This document shows, piece by piece, positions 1 to 8,376 of a stretch of DNA of 64,000 nt. The notes beneath the pieces were generated by a model. It searched no databases, had not been told where the DNA came from, and worked only from the letters and a program-made list of their open reading frames with translations. This DNA comes from a virus (taxonomy: Duplodnaviria > Caudoviricetes): positions 41,546 through 105,545 of the IMG/VR virus record IMGVR_UViG_3300020577_003668. One strand, written 5' to 3'. Numbering within the stretch: position 1 is the stretch's first letter; each line of letters opens with the position of its first letter. Position numbers and translations under genes: made by a program.

Positions 1-108
1 TTTGAGACCAGTATGTATCTGGATAAAAGCTTAATTGTGATTGAAGCTCAGATCACAGCCTAGCTCGTTAGTCACTCAGCAAGTCTGTTTTCTACTGAGT
101 CTATTTTT

Positions 109-184
109 GCCCTGTTCGACTTCAGGTTGAGGTCAACGTCCTTTCAAGTCGTGCAGATGGGTTCGATTCCCATACAGGGTACCA
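109..184 (+). tRNA. tRNA-Glu(UUC)
   Basis: Acceptor gccctgt/acagggt + ACCA; anticodon loop CT-TTC-AA; T arm atggg-ttcgatt-cccat; one U-U mismatch in the anticodon stem. Confidence 0.92.
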
Positions 185-185
185 T

Positions 186-284
186 TCCTCTGATGAGTCC
201 ATGCAAGTTGGACGAAATCCTAGCGGCCCCAGGCAGGCCTCCTGATCCTTCCCAGGATCAACCTGCCCGGAGCTAGGATCAGGA
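186..284 (+). ncRNA. Type I hammerhead ribozyme
   Basis: Stem I tcct(186-189)/agga(281-284); core CTGATGA(190-196); stem II gtcc/ggac; GAAA(214-217); stem III tcctagc/gctagga; AUC cleavage triplet ending at C280. Confidence 0.9.
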
Positions 285-760
285 TATTCATACATATTGA
301 TGCTACGGCTGGCGTATGTACGAAATCTACTCGCGACCCAGAGTATAAATATGGTTAGTGTGCACACTATAAATGCCGGCCTGTGCCGTGAACACAAGGA
401 CCTAATATCCTGCTCGTGGGACTAGGTAGCGATACACGAGCGTTAGCCTACTCAGTACGGACGCTAGCAGTAGAGGTGAAGTTTAGAAGCCGAATAGGGT
501 GAGAAGCCCTTATTAGAAATAATGTACGCGTGTGTGCATTTATTGCCTTGAATGTATAGTTTTGCAAGACTCTACAGCCAACTATTATTTCTAGCAAAAT
601 CCTGAGCAGAGGTTTGATCACCCGAGCAATATGGTGGGACACCAGGGCCCTTGCACCTGGCTAGTACGAGTAATTTACTATTCCAACGTATCTAGTAACA
701 AAATCGGTGGTACGATTTACAGCCCCTGCAGCAGAAATGCTCAGGGGCTGCTTTCATTCG
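281..760 (+). ncRNA. Putative large structured ncRNA of unknown family
   Basis: No credible ORF; many hairpins (gctcgtg/cacgagc, aataggg/cccttatt, ccagg/cctgg, cagcccctg/caggggctg); starts at the ribozyme cleavage site. Confidence 0.45.
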
Positions 761-854
761 CGAGTCTCTTTTCTACGTGCGGCACCCAAATCCGCATAGC
801 GGCGCCAATTTTACAGTGCTAAACCTTGACTGTCAAGAGAGAATTTAGAAACGA

Positions 855-884
855 CAAAAGCCCTCAACAGCTAAACTGGAGGGC
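855..884 (-). terminator. Rho-independent terminator
   Basis: Minus strand gccctc-N-gagggc followed by tttt. Confidence 0.6.
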
Positions 885-1235
885 GAGGTAGGGCCTTGAA
901 GGTTTGATAAACTAGCAAGGTATAGGAAGTTATGTGCTGCTTGAGGGTGAGCCAACCCAGGTGCGCAGGCAAGAGCCGAAGGCTCAGATTGCGAGGCTAG
1001 AGTAATTTAATAAGGCGCTATTTTATAGTTACTAGAATATTCACTGGGGCCATACTTTACGTATCATTTCCCACCGGATAGGTTCGATCGAGTTTGCAGT
1101 TAATTTAAGGCTTACAGCCACCAGTAACTCTCAATAAGTTATTCCGATCTCTCAGTATCAATTCTTCAGTCTTGTAGTGATGGTCCTAGAGAAAAAGTCC
1201 TCTGGCCAATGGGCCGAACATAAAATCTGTGCGGT
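857..1235 (-). ncRNA. Putative ~380-nt ORF-free transcript
   Basis: Bounded by a consensus promoter (1242-1270) and a terminator; only very short ORFs. Confidence 0.45.
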
Positions 1236-1241
1236 TAATAT

Positions 1242-1270
1242 ATTATAACCTAGGGGCAAAAAAATTGCAA
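1242..1270 (-). promoter_or_regulatory. sigma70-type promoter
   Basis: TTGCAA-17 bp-TATAAT on the minus strand. Confidence 0.8.
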
Positions 1271-1280
1271 GTTTAAATTT

Positions 1281-1317
1281 AAAAAGCCACCAAATTTCAC
1301 AATTTGGTGGCGTTTTT
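1281..1317 (-). terminator. Rho-independent terminator
   Basis: gccaccaaatt-tcac-aatttggtggc flanked by A and T tracts, just after the A2-like gene. Confidence 0.8.
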
Positions 1318-1628
1318 CATTTATCAGCCGTTAAAGCGTCTTCTAACAACTTAAGTACGTTTTTATTGACTTTCTCTAGAGATTCTAGTCGATCAATGTT
1401 GACGTTAAGTAATATGGCGAGCCTATCGATGTACTCTTCCTTCTTAATCGGTACCTCACCGCGTTTGTTGAGGTAGGACTTCTTCTGGTAAACACCTAGG
1501 GAGGATAATTTAGCAATTACCGAGCGTACTGGTACGTCTAATTGAGCTGCAAGCTCCTCGGTTGACGCACCTGCTTGGTAGTCTGTTACCAGTTTGGCAG
1601 TTACTTCAGGAGTGTACTTCATTACCAT
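1317..1628 (-). CDS. T5 A2-like DNA-binding protein
   Basis: HTH-like VRSVIAKLSSLGVYQK and LESLEK motifs resemble T5 A2. Confidence 0.7.
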   Translation of the reverse strand: MVMKYTPEVTAKLVTDYQAGASTEELAAQLDVPVRSVIAKLSSLGVYQKKSYLNKRGEVPIKKEEYIDRLAILLNVNIDRLESLEKVNKNVLKLLEDALTADK

Positions 1629-2593
1629 GGCAGATTCGCGTCTGTGTACTTAGAAGCTTTACCACTTGCAATAGGATCCATAGTGATAAGGGGATCAGGC
1701 ATACTATCCCAGTCCAACGGGTTTAGGATCATATACTTAGTACGGTTGTTAGGGTGAGCACACCAGGTCTGGCACATCATGATCCTAAGCAGTAGTGGTG
1801 TGCCACTTAACGCAGTTCCAGCTGGAGTATACAGTGAGTAAGTAGTCAGGGCGCTACGTAAGGTGCCAGCGTCGTTACCTGTCTTAACCTTAAGACTCTC
1901 ATCACGAATCGCTAGTACCTCATCTACACTAACTTCTGGAAGCGTAGTCAAGGTCATAACCTCAGCTAGTCCCTTCTCAGTAATACCGTGAATCTCGCTA
2001 GGATCCCAGTCCATGTAAGGCACGTTCTGATAGCGTTTAAAGGCACTCATAATCAAAGGCACTAGTGAGCAGTAATTACGATGTTTGATATCCGTTTGCT
2101 TATCTAGGAAGGTGGACCTAGTGGGGTGCCTACTCAGTAGCCACATACCCATCATAGTGTCATTACTCTTAAAGTGGTCTAGAAATAAGTGTTTGGCACT
2201 GTATTTGCCAGAGTCGTTCTTACGCAGTTCTAAAGTGCCGATCTTTGCTAGCATCTGAGATAGGAACCACTCAGCATTCTTCTTCAGCTGATAGTCTGTG
2301 GCAAACTTCTCCACTAGTGCAGTCAGTTCCGACCCTAAGCCGGGCCAACCTGCGAATCTATTCGCAACCTGGCCTTCTAGATCAAACTCTGAGTAATCAC
2401 CTTCGTAGCTCCCTTCACCACCGTGGCTAGCATCAATCTGTAGCTTTAGTTTAGCTAGAAACTCCTGTTTAGCTTGTGCTAGTCGCTCTTGATTGTCAGC
2501 CACTAGATCACGGTAATCCCGTCCCAAGTGCTCAAGCGGAATACTTGATAAATCAGAAATACGTGTGTTGTATACTTTAGTCTTAGAATACAT
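1622..2593 (-). CDS. Hypothetical phage protein
   Basis: 323-aa ORF with phage codon usage, abutting the A2-like gene. Confidence 0.75.
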   Translation of the reverse strand: MYSKTKVYNTRISDLSSIPLEHLGRDYRDLVADNQERLAQAKQEFLAKLKLQIDASHGGEGSYEGDYSEFDLEGQVANRFAGWPGLGSELTALVEKFATDYQLKKNAEWFLSQMLAKIGTLELRKNDSGKYSAKHLFLDHFKSNDTMMGMWLLSRHPTRSTFLDKQTDIKHRNYCSLVPLIMSAFKRYQNVPYMDWDPSEIHGITEKGLAEVMTLTTLPEVSVDEVLAIRDESLKVKTGNDAGTLRSALTTYSLYTPAGTALSGTPLLLRIMMCQTWCAHPNNRTKYMILNPLDWDSMPDPLITMDPIASGKASKYTDANLPW

Positions 2594-2736
2594 TAAAATC
2601 CCGGAAAAATTGGGTCAGTCGGAGCGGCTCTTAAAGGTAAAAAGCCGTTAAATTCGGATTATTTCTTAGTAAAAAATTATTTGGGGGTTAAAAAAAAAAA
2701 ATACGCTCCGCGTTTAGATCACTTGATTAAAATACT

Positions 2737-2829
2737 CTACGGAGTGGTTTCTCTAGAACGTGCAAAACAATCAAAACAACGCAGTGGTTTTGTGGTTGTT
2801 TAGACGTTCTGAAGAGAACCCCTCCGTAG
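2737..2829. repeat. Long imperfect palindrome
   Basis: ctacggag..agaacgt..aaacaatca / tggttgttt..acgttct..ctccgtag. Confidence 0.8.
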
Positions 2830-2886
2830 GTGGAGGGCTATTTATTGTCATTATAGATATATTATATCACAACTTCCCTGCCGAAG

Positions 2887-3093
2887 TCAAGGTATAATTT
2901 TTTCTACCGGGTAATAGCTAGGATCAGCCCTGTCACTCAGTAAATCGGCAATTTCGTCAGCGATATAGCTGTTGGGCTTCGCATAGTCTAATAAGTGCTC
3001 TAGTACCAAGTATACTAGCTTACCAGCCCTAGGAGCAAGGTTAGGGGCCGCGTACCCTGCTTCTTGCATCAGCTCGTACAGCTTAGAGTTCAT
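2887..3093 (-). CDS. Hypothetical protein
   Basis: Short ORF in the leftward operon, preceded by an AAGGT RBS-like element. Confidence 0.65.
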   Translation of the reverse strand: MNSKLYELMQEAGYAAPNLAPRAGKLVYLVLEHLLDYAKPNSYIADEIADLLSDRADPSYYPVEKIIP

Positions 3094-3208
3094 TTATACC
3101 ACCTTTTTTACTTACATGCAAACAGGGATAGGCAGGGCAACAATAGTAATCGCACTTACCATTGTTGTAAAATCCCAGTAAGAAAAAGTTTAAATATTAG
3201 TAGTACAG

Positions 3209-3973
3209 TCATAGTTCAATCACCAGAGGTTCATAGGGTTCCTTACACTCGCCTGGGTAGCCAACTGGCCGCGCTAGGCAACGTACCTGGCCTACAGTCA
3301 CATCCACGGCATCGTGAGTATGACCAAATAGCCAAGTCGCGTCATCTAGCGTTGCTAACCACTCGCCCAGGCTAGAGAAAAAGTACTGGTTTAAGATGCT
3401 AGAAGCCACATCCACATTTTTCCAGCGTTCAGAAATACATTCCTGGGCTGGACCAAAGTGACTGAAGAATACTTGCTTCTTATCACGATCCCTATTCTCA
3501 TAGGCCGTCTTAAAATACTCTGTATGGTGCTTGTTGATACTTCTAAGATTATAAGCCGTACCATCGGGAATACGACGGTAGTCTTGAATGAACTTTTGGT
3601 ACATTAGCTCAGTATGAGGATGACTACCAAAGTCTGTCCACAGCGTGGCACCGTGGAATTCCACGTCATCGATCACAATACTACCCGGGTTAAGCATACG
3701 CACATTGCTGGGCAGCTTGTTAGAGAACTCATGGGCAATATTAAAGCCGTTAAGCTCTAGACCACCGTAGTACTCGTGGTTGCCTGGACAATACAGAACC
3801 TGCTTGTAGTGCCGAGCAAGCATCTTTAGGGTCTGGAGCGTGTTAGTACGCCCCACGTTAATGTCGCCAGCGGCGACTAGTACGTCGGCTGGGCGAATGA
3901 GAGCCTCAAGCCTTTCAACTTGATCTTCTCTCCAAAATTCGACGTGAATGTCACTTAATAGTTGAATCTTCAT
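3209..3973 (-). CDS. Calcineurin-like metallophosphoesterase
   Basis: SDIH, AGDI, PGNHE and FGHTH motifs; ATGA overlap with the upstream gene sets the start. Confidence 0.92.
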   Translation of the reverse strand: MKIQLLSDIHVEFWREDQVERLEALIRPADVLVAAGDINVGRTNTLQTLKMLARHYKQVLYCPGNHEYYGGLELNGFNIAHEFSNKLPSNVRMLNPGSIVIDDVEFHGATLWTDFGSHPHTELMYQKFIQDYRRIPDGTAYNLRSINKHHTEYFKTAYENRDRDKKQVFFSHFGPAQECISERWKNVDVASSILNQYFFSSLGEWLATLDDATWLFGHTHDAVDVTVGQVRCLARPVGYPGECKEPYEPLVIEL

Positions 3974-4296
3974 CTTAGTTGGTACCATACGGTAATTTCT
4001 TCGTCTTTTGATATTGGCTGTTTAGAATAGAAGTCTAAATGGCCTTCGGGATTTAGTTCCATCCTAGCATTTGGTGTTATACTACTATTAGTAAACATAA
4101 GTTCATCTGGCGAGCCATAAAAATCTAGATAAACATTGTCCGATATACGTAAAATTACATATGGATCCACAACTTTTCTAGCCTCTTCTAGTGTAATACG
4201 CTTACCATGCATCTCCCCGATCTTGGTATCCGCAGGTATATCTTCAGTAGCAAATACACCGTTGCCATGAATTGGACTTGGTTTAACTGTTATCAT
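3970..4296 (-). CDS. SET-domain protein (lysine methyltransferase fold)
   Basis: SPIHGNGVFATEDI, FTNSSITPNA (NHS-like) and ISKDEEITVWY motifs. Confidence 0.85.
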   Translation of the reverse strand: MITVKPSPIHGNGVFATEDIPADTKIGEMHGKRITLEEARKVVDPYVILRISDNVYLDFYGSPDELMFTNSSITPNARMELNPEGHLDFYSKQPISKDEEITVWYQLR

Positions 4297-4540
4297 TTTT
4301 CTTAAAAAGGTTAATAATTCTATTTTTCAGAGTAGGTTCCCAGTATTTACCATTAGGTCCGCAGCCGTATAAAGTAGTCCGCTCCTCTAGCGGAAAAGTA
4401 TCTTGCAAGGGTACATAGGTACTGCCGTATATCAGGTCCGGGTACTCTCTAGGTATTGGCCTTTCACACATATCACGCAGACTACTATGACGTAACAATA
4501 TACGAGTAGTAAGATGTTTACAATCTTTACACAACTTCAT
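4283..4540 (-). CDS. Small Cys-rich protein (MKLCKDCKH family)
   Basis: CxxC..C..CG pattern; paralog at 4660-4842. Confidence 0.75.
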   Translation of the reverse strand: MKLCKDCKHLTTRILLRHSSLRDMCERPIPREYPDLIYGSTYVPLQDTFPLEERTTLYGCGPNGKYWEPTLKNRIINLFKKNDNS

Positions 4541-4748
4541 AATATTTTCCAGTCTGGCTGCACATATTCTCAGATACTCTAGCGGTAACTGCTGCTACCC
4601 TACCTTCATATTTATCAGAGAATAATTTACACAATCCTTTATAGTAATAAGTACAGTTACTACAGCTTATTAAAGTAATAGGCGTCTTTTCCACACTTTC
4701 CATTTGCGCTCCTAGCTCGGCTACATAAAACAAGTTGTGATCTCCCAT
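4527..4748 (-). CDS. Small Cys-rich protein (start uncertain)
   Basis: CSNC..C..ARV...CSQTGKYY, same pattern as its neighbours. Confidence 0.55.
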   Translation of the reverse strand: MGDHNLFYVAELGAQMESVEKTPITLISCSNCTYYYKGLCKLFSDKYEGRVAAVTARVSENMCSQTGKYYEVV

Positions 4749-4842
4749 AGACAGGTTCAGGTGGGTTTACGGATGGATGTGTACAAATAGCTCTGAATAA
4801 AGTAGTGTTGTGAAAATGTTTGCAATCTTTACACAATTTCAT
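4660..4842 (-). CDS. Small Cys-rich protein (MKLCKDCKH family)
   Basis: N-terminal 9 aa identical to 4283-4540. Confidence 0.75.
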   Translation of the reverse strand: MKLCKDCKHFHNTTLFRAICTHPSVNPPEPVYGRSQLVLCSRARSANGKCGKDAYYFNKL

Positions 4843-5053
4843 TTAGTGTATACCTTACAAAGTCATTCTTACCGTTACACCCGCCGAATATTCTCCATGT
4901 GGTACGTCTAGTGATCACCAATGGAAAGATGGCCTCTCCCGTGATCCTACTATGACCCCTCTCTTTTCTGTAGCAGTACGGTTGTAGGGCAACCGTACCA
5001 TCCTTGTTACGCTCCACATAGGCACAACGATAGCAAAAATCTCCATCCTTCAT
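4829..5053 (-). CDS. Small Cys-rich protein
   Basis: CYRC..YC..GC pattern; AGGA RBS. Confidence 0.65.
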   Translation of the reverse strand: MKDGDFCYRCAYVERNKDGTVALQPYCYRKERGHSRITGEAIFPLVITRRTTWRIFGGCNGKNDFVRYTLNEIV

Positions 5054-5065
5054 GATATAGTCCTA

Positions 5066-5497
5066 TTATTCATAAAATATATGATTGTTAATTTGAGTTA
5101 CCTTGTTAAGAGATTTAGACCATTTAGGTCTAATTTTAGTTGTATGGTAGTGAGTAGCTTCTAATGGGTAGTCTCTACTCATCCAGGCAGCATGCCATGC
5201 TACAGCATATGCTCGCTTATCCTTTATACTTCTATCTTTCTTTGTGGTCCAAGAGAATTGAGCATGTTGATAAACTGTCTCACAAACGGTTGAAGCCCAT
5301 TTCCCGACACGATTAAGTGTGACTCTAGCCACAGCAATCTGACCTTCAAAAGGTTCTCCACGAGCTTCATGATACACATTCTCCACTAAACATTTCAATT
5401 CTTTTCGATCAAGCCAGGTAATTTTTTGATCGTTCTGCGCCCACCCCGAAAATAGCGGTAGTGCGACAAGAGCGGTAGCAACTATGAGTTTGCGCAT
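5066..5497 (-). CDS. Cell wall hydrolase (SleB/Hydrolase_2 family)
   Basis: N-terminal signal, CLVENVYHEARGE, VTLNRV, QFSW, HIFY. Confidence 0.93.
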   Translation of the reverse strand: MRKLIVATALVALPLFSGWAQNDQKITWLDRKELKCLVENVYHEARGEPFEGQIAVARVTLNRVGKWASTVCETVYQHAQFSWTTKKDRSIKDKRAYAVAWHAAWMSRDYPLEATHYHTTKIRPKWSKSLNKVTQINNHIFYE

Positions 5498-5730
5498 GGT
5501 CGAAATCTATCAGCCTCGCTAGTAAGCCATCTGCCATGCACAGCGGGATTTAGATTCCTCCACATCCCGTGCTTACGTTGCGAAGCTAGTCCAATAATTG
5601 AGTGCTCATTAGCTATTTTCTCTAAGCGCGTAATGTGGGAGGCCACTGTATCCAAATACAACCTAGAACGATCAGTAAGTTGGTTCTCTTGAATAACTAC
5701 TTCAAGTAAAGTTAGCAGTGTATTCTTCAT
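5482..5730 (-). CDS. Hypothetical protein
   Basis: Overlap-coupled ORF in the operon. Confidence 0.6.
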   Translation of the reverse strand: MKNTLLTLLEVVIQENQLTDRSRLYLDTVASHITRLEKIANEHSIIGLASQRKHGMWRNLNPAVHGRWLTSEADRFRPCANS

Positions 5731-5956
5731 TCATAACCTTTCTATACTCTTCCAGGGGGTTCGAGGTATCTAGTACCGTCATCTCCCTAGTTTGTAATTG
5801 TTGTAATGTACGGGATGCAGAGTCGTTCAGCGCAGCTAAATGCTGAATTGCTTTAGCTGCGCGTAACATGACTGCGGTAGGAGTTCTAATACCACTGGGG
5901 GTAATAACCGGCTCATTTAATTCTTTAATTAGATTTTGCATATACTGCATTCCCAT
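5702..5956 (-). CDS. Hypothetical protein
   Basis: First ORF after the leftward promoter. Confidence 0.6.
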   Translation of the reverse strand: MGMQYMQNLIKELNEPVITPSGIRTPTAVMLRAAKAIQHLAALNDSASRTLQQLQTREMTVLDTSNPLEEYRKVMNEEYTANFT

Positions 5957-5968
5957 AGTTTAATAAAA

Positions 5969-6059
5969 CATTATAGACTGTTTTGGGGAACAAATCAAGT
6001 GCAAGTTTTTCAGGTATCGAAAATTTATATTTGCGCGACGATAGCCCACATGCTATAAT
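5969..6059. promoter_or_regulatory. Divergent sigma70-type promoter pair
   Basis: Minus TTGATT..TATAAT (about 5998-5969); plus TTGCGC(6031)-17-TATAAT(6054). Confidence 0.75.
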
Positions 6060-6081
6060 ATAAAAAGATCATGGAGGAATA

Positions 6082-6264
6082 ATGCAAGATTATACTAGGC
6101 AATTAGAAACGCTCATTATTGATGTGCTACTACCAGTGTACTTAGAGCATGCCCGCCGTACAGGAGATACAGAAGCCTATAGGAAGATTAATTCCGAACT
6201 TCTAGCAGCTATGAAAGCTAAAAAGAAGGTTCCTAGGCTATTGATGAAGGATAGTTATGGATGA
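6082..6264 (+). CDS. Hypothetical protein
   Basis: GGAGG RBS. Confidence 0.7.
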   Translation: MQDYTRQLETLIIDVLLPVYLEHARRTGDTEAYRKINSELLAAMKAKKKVPRLLMKDSYG

Positions 6265-6442
6265 ACCCGACCCAAAGTTTACTAGTAGGAAGTTTGGCTT
6301 AACCTGCATAATTATAGTAACCTCTATAACTTTACTAGTATGTAAGATAATTACTCCAGAGATATATCTTACCCAAACCTCGGCCGCAATGGCTTTGTAC
6401 TTTGCTAGTAATGTAGCCGAGAAATATATACCAAAAACTTAG
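6257..6442 (+). CDS. Small two-TM membrane protein
   Basis: SRKF followed by two hydrophobic segments. Confidence 0.65.
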   Translation: MDEPDPKFTSRKFGLTCIIIVTSITLLVCKIITPEIYLTQTSAAMALYFASNVAEKYIPKT

Positions 6443-6820
6443 CGTGGTGTTTAGTGTTGACCACGAATGAGGATAGAACCCAAGAAACAACTCAACTACT
6501 ATAACGTCGATGTATGCCCAACGTCTAGAAGCCGCGGGAGTTTCGATGTGTAAGGGCGCAAGCAATCTCATTCTAGTGAGTGTGCCCGGACTGGCGACAA
6601 GAGTTATGTGAATAAGAGAAATGCTCCGTGACAAACAAGACTCGGACCAGAATATCAACATAATACCTGCCACCTATTAGTCCTACAATGCAAAGTAAAT
6701 CCTATAATGCAAGTGCGAAAGCAGCCAACCGTCGAAGATAACCAGATTGTTCGGTGCATAGGTTAGTAAAGAGTCTGATGCAATGTTAGACTGATCCCCT
6801 TCTCGGGGGATCACTCTAGC
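6443..6820 (+). ncRNA. Putative structured ncRNA
   Basis: ~380-bp gap with no sense ORF; hairpins cgtggt/accacg, gggcgca/tgtgccc, agtctga/ttagact, tgatcccc/ggggatca. Confidence 0.4.
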
Positions 6821-6835
6821 AACAACCCACCAACC

Positions 6836-7372
6836 ATGAAAAAGAAAATGAATAAGTTACGTCGCAAAGAAGATTGGCCGTTCCCACCAGTAGAGCCTAG
6901 TGAAGAAGTACATGTAAACCCAGTAGGTAATACCGCTAAGAATTATACGGACGGCTTTTATGATAGCTCCAATCATCTAAGTATACCAGCATATTTAAAA
7001 CCAATAGCAACTACTGTATTGCCACCACTAGAAACAGACCCTACGGGCGGATCACTCAACGAGCCAGGCAAGAAAGCAGATGCGGGTAAATTGTTGCCAT
7101 GGTTATTCTTCTCAGGCTTTGCCAATGCACTAGAAAAGGTAGCTGAAGTTACTACATTAGGTGCTAGAAAATATACACCCAATGGTTGGGCCAATGTTCC
7201 TAACGGACCCGAGCGCTACATGGAGGCCGCAATGCGTCATCTGATCTATCTTGGACAAGGTGAGAAGCTAGATAACGGCAAGGGCGGGATCGGAACGCTG
7301 CACAAAGCACAAATTATATGGAATCTTCTAGCCTCCTTAGAGCTAGAACTACGCGAAGAGAAGAAAACGTGA
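6836..7372 (+). CDS. dATP/dGTP diphosphohydrolase domain protein (DUF5664-like)
   Basis: GKKADAGK, VAEVTTLGARKYTPNGW, RYMEAAMRHL, HKAQIIWN. Confidence 0.85.
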   Translation: MKKKMNKLRRKEDWPFPPVEPSEEVHVNPVGNTAKNYTDGFYDSSNHLSIPAYLKPIATTVLPPLETDPTGGSLNEPGKKADAGKLLPWLFFSGFANALEKVAEVTTLGARKYTPNGWANVPNGPERYMEAAMRHLIYLGQGEKLDNGKGGIGTLHKAQIIWNLLASLELELREEKKT

Positions 7373-7692
7373 AAATTGAACCAGTGGCCTATAATAATCC
7401 TAGAAAGAATAACAATAGGCATCCTAAGATTGAAGCCGTAGCTGTTCTAGATGTGGATCGTGAACACATGTTCGTGTTACCTCCGCCAAATAGGCATCAC
7501 CATGTTATACGTGGAATGATGGAAAATGGTATTGTAGCTGGCAAAGAAGGGTTTATCACAGACGAGCTGAAATTCGTGGATCGTGAAGTTGCTTTAATCT
7601 ACGCAATGTCTAACAAGCAATTACGTATTCGCCCCGCTGCAAGTCCTACTGACTACGCTGGTAGCGAGTTGTTTAGCGAAGATCTATGGTAA
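7369..7692 (+). CDS. Hypothetical phage protein
   Basis: PPPNRHHHV..GFITD..FVDR..ELFSEDLW, a recurrent phage pattern; GTGA overlap start. Confidence 0.75.
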   Translation: MKIEPVAYNNPRKNNNRHPKIEAVAVLDVDREHMFVLPPPNRHHHVIRGMMENGIVAGKEGFITDELKFVDREVALIYAMSNKQLRIRPAASPTDYAGSELFSEDLW

Positions 7693-7901
7693 AGCTTAAT
7701 TCTCTAGACTATGTCCTATACAAGACGCATAAATCCGTGCTTGAAGCCTGTCGTGAATTGATGATAGAATATCATTCTGAAGTCGAAATTCATCTAAAGC
7801 AATGCACATCTTGCGGCATCTGGCTCAAACCGGAACAGCTCAAGAAGGATTTAGATGGGCTAGATATTTGCAATACTTGTTTAACAGCTTACGGACCCTA
7901 A
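7686..7901 (+). CDS. Small zinc-finger protein
   Basis: CTSC..CNTC. Confidence 0.7.
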   Translation: MVKLNSLDYVLYKTHKSVLEACRELMIEYHSEVEIHLKQCTSCGIWLKPEQLKKDLDGLDICNTCLTAYGP

Positions 7902-7902
7902 A

Positions 7903-8220
7903 ATGCTTTGGCTTATTAATTACGAATCTTCTGAGTGGTGTGGTGGAGAATCGCACGTCGTTGTAGTTGCTGAAACCGCCGACGAGGCAAACTATCTTGC
8001 CGAAGACCACATGGAATCGACCATGCGTGAACTTTTTAGCGATGAGTACGCCGAACTGGAAGCAGAATACGCAGAATACGCAGAAGACGGTATAGACGCA
8101 GTTTTTGACTGTGCTTATACTATCAACAGTATTGAAGCGTTTGACGAGAATCATGAACACTGGAAGTTCTATTGCGATCCTAGTCAAGAACAGTTCTATC
8201 CTACTATTGGTAGGTTCTGA
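7903..8220 (+). CDS. Acidic hypothetical protein
   Basis: Coupled ORF, very D/E-rich. Confidence 0.7.
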   Translation: MLWLINYESSEWCGGESHVVVVAETADEANYLAEDHMESTMRELFSDEYAELEAEYAEYAEDGIDAVFDCAYTINSIEAFDENHEHWKFYCDPSQEQFYPTIGRF

Positions 8221-8375
8221 TGCCTGAAGATGTAAAGTCCCGTATAGAAGATATTGAGAACCAGCTGCGATATCTGGATCAGCGTCTAGAAGAAAATCCT
8301 CTAAATGCTACGGCCAGGGCTAGATATACGTATCTAGAAACGCTACTTAAAGAGCTAACTAAATTTCAGAATTAA
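8220..8375 (+). CDS. 51-aa coiled-coil protein (not in ORF track)
   Basis: TGATG overlap; MPEDVKSRIEDIENQLRYLDQRLEEN... Confidence 0.6.
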   Translation: MPEDVKSRIEDIENQLRYLDQRLEENPLNATARARYTYLETLLKELTKFQN

Positions 8376-8376
8376 T

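Noticed and set aside
28-48. His(GUG) anticodon-like hairpin near the window start
   Set aside because: The stem has a mismatch next to the loop and upstream context is cut off; too weak
122-822. ORFs 122-397, 448-642 and 631-822
   Set aside because: They overlap tRNA, ribozyme or structured RNA, lack an RBS and show no protein-like motifs
1040-1125. Second tmRNA suggested by minus-strand TAACT-GCA-AAC
   Set aside because: The frame ends VWPQ rather than an AA-type degron, and no tRNA-like domain is visible
1180-1235. RNase P RNA suggested by gagaaaaagtcc
   Set aside because: Imperfect match to GAGGAAAGUCC, no matching 3' P4 element, and the local promoter fires on the opposite strand
6836-7372. 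2-aminoadenine (Z) genome pathway from the dATP/dGTP diphosphohydrolase
   Set aside because: No purZ or datZ in the window; this domain also occurs without them
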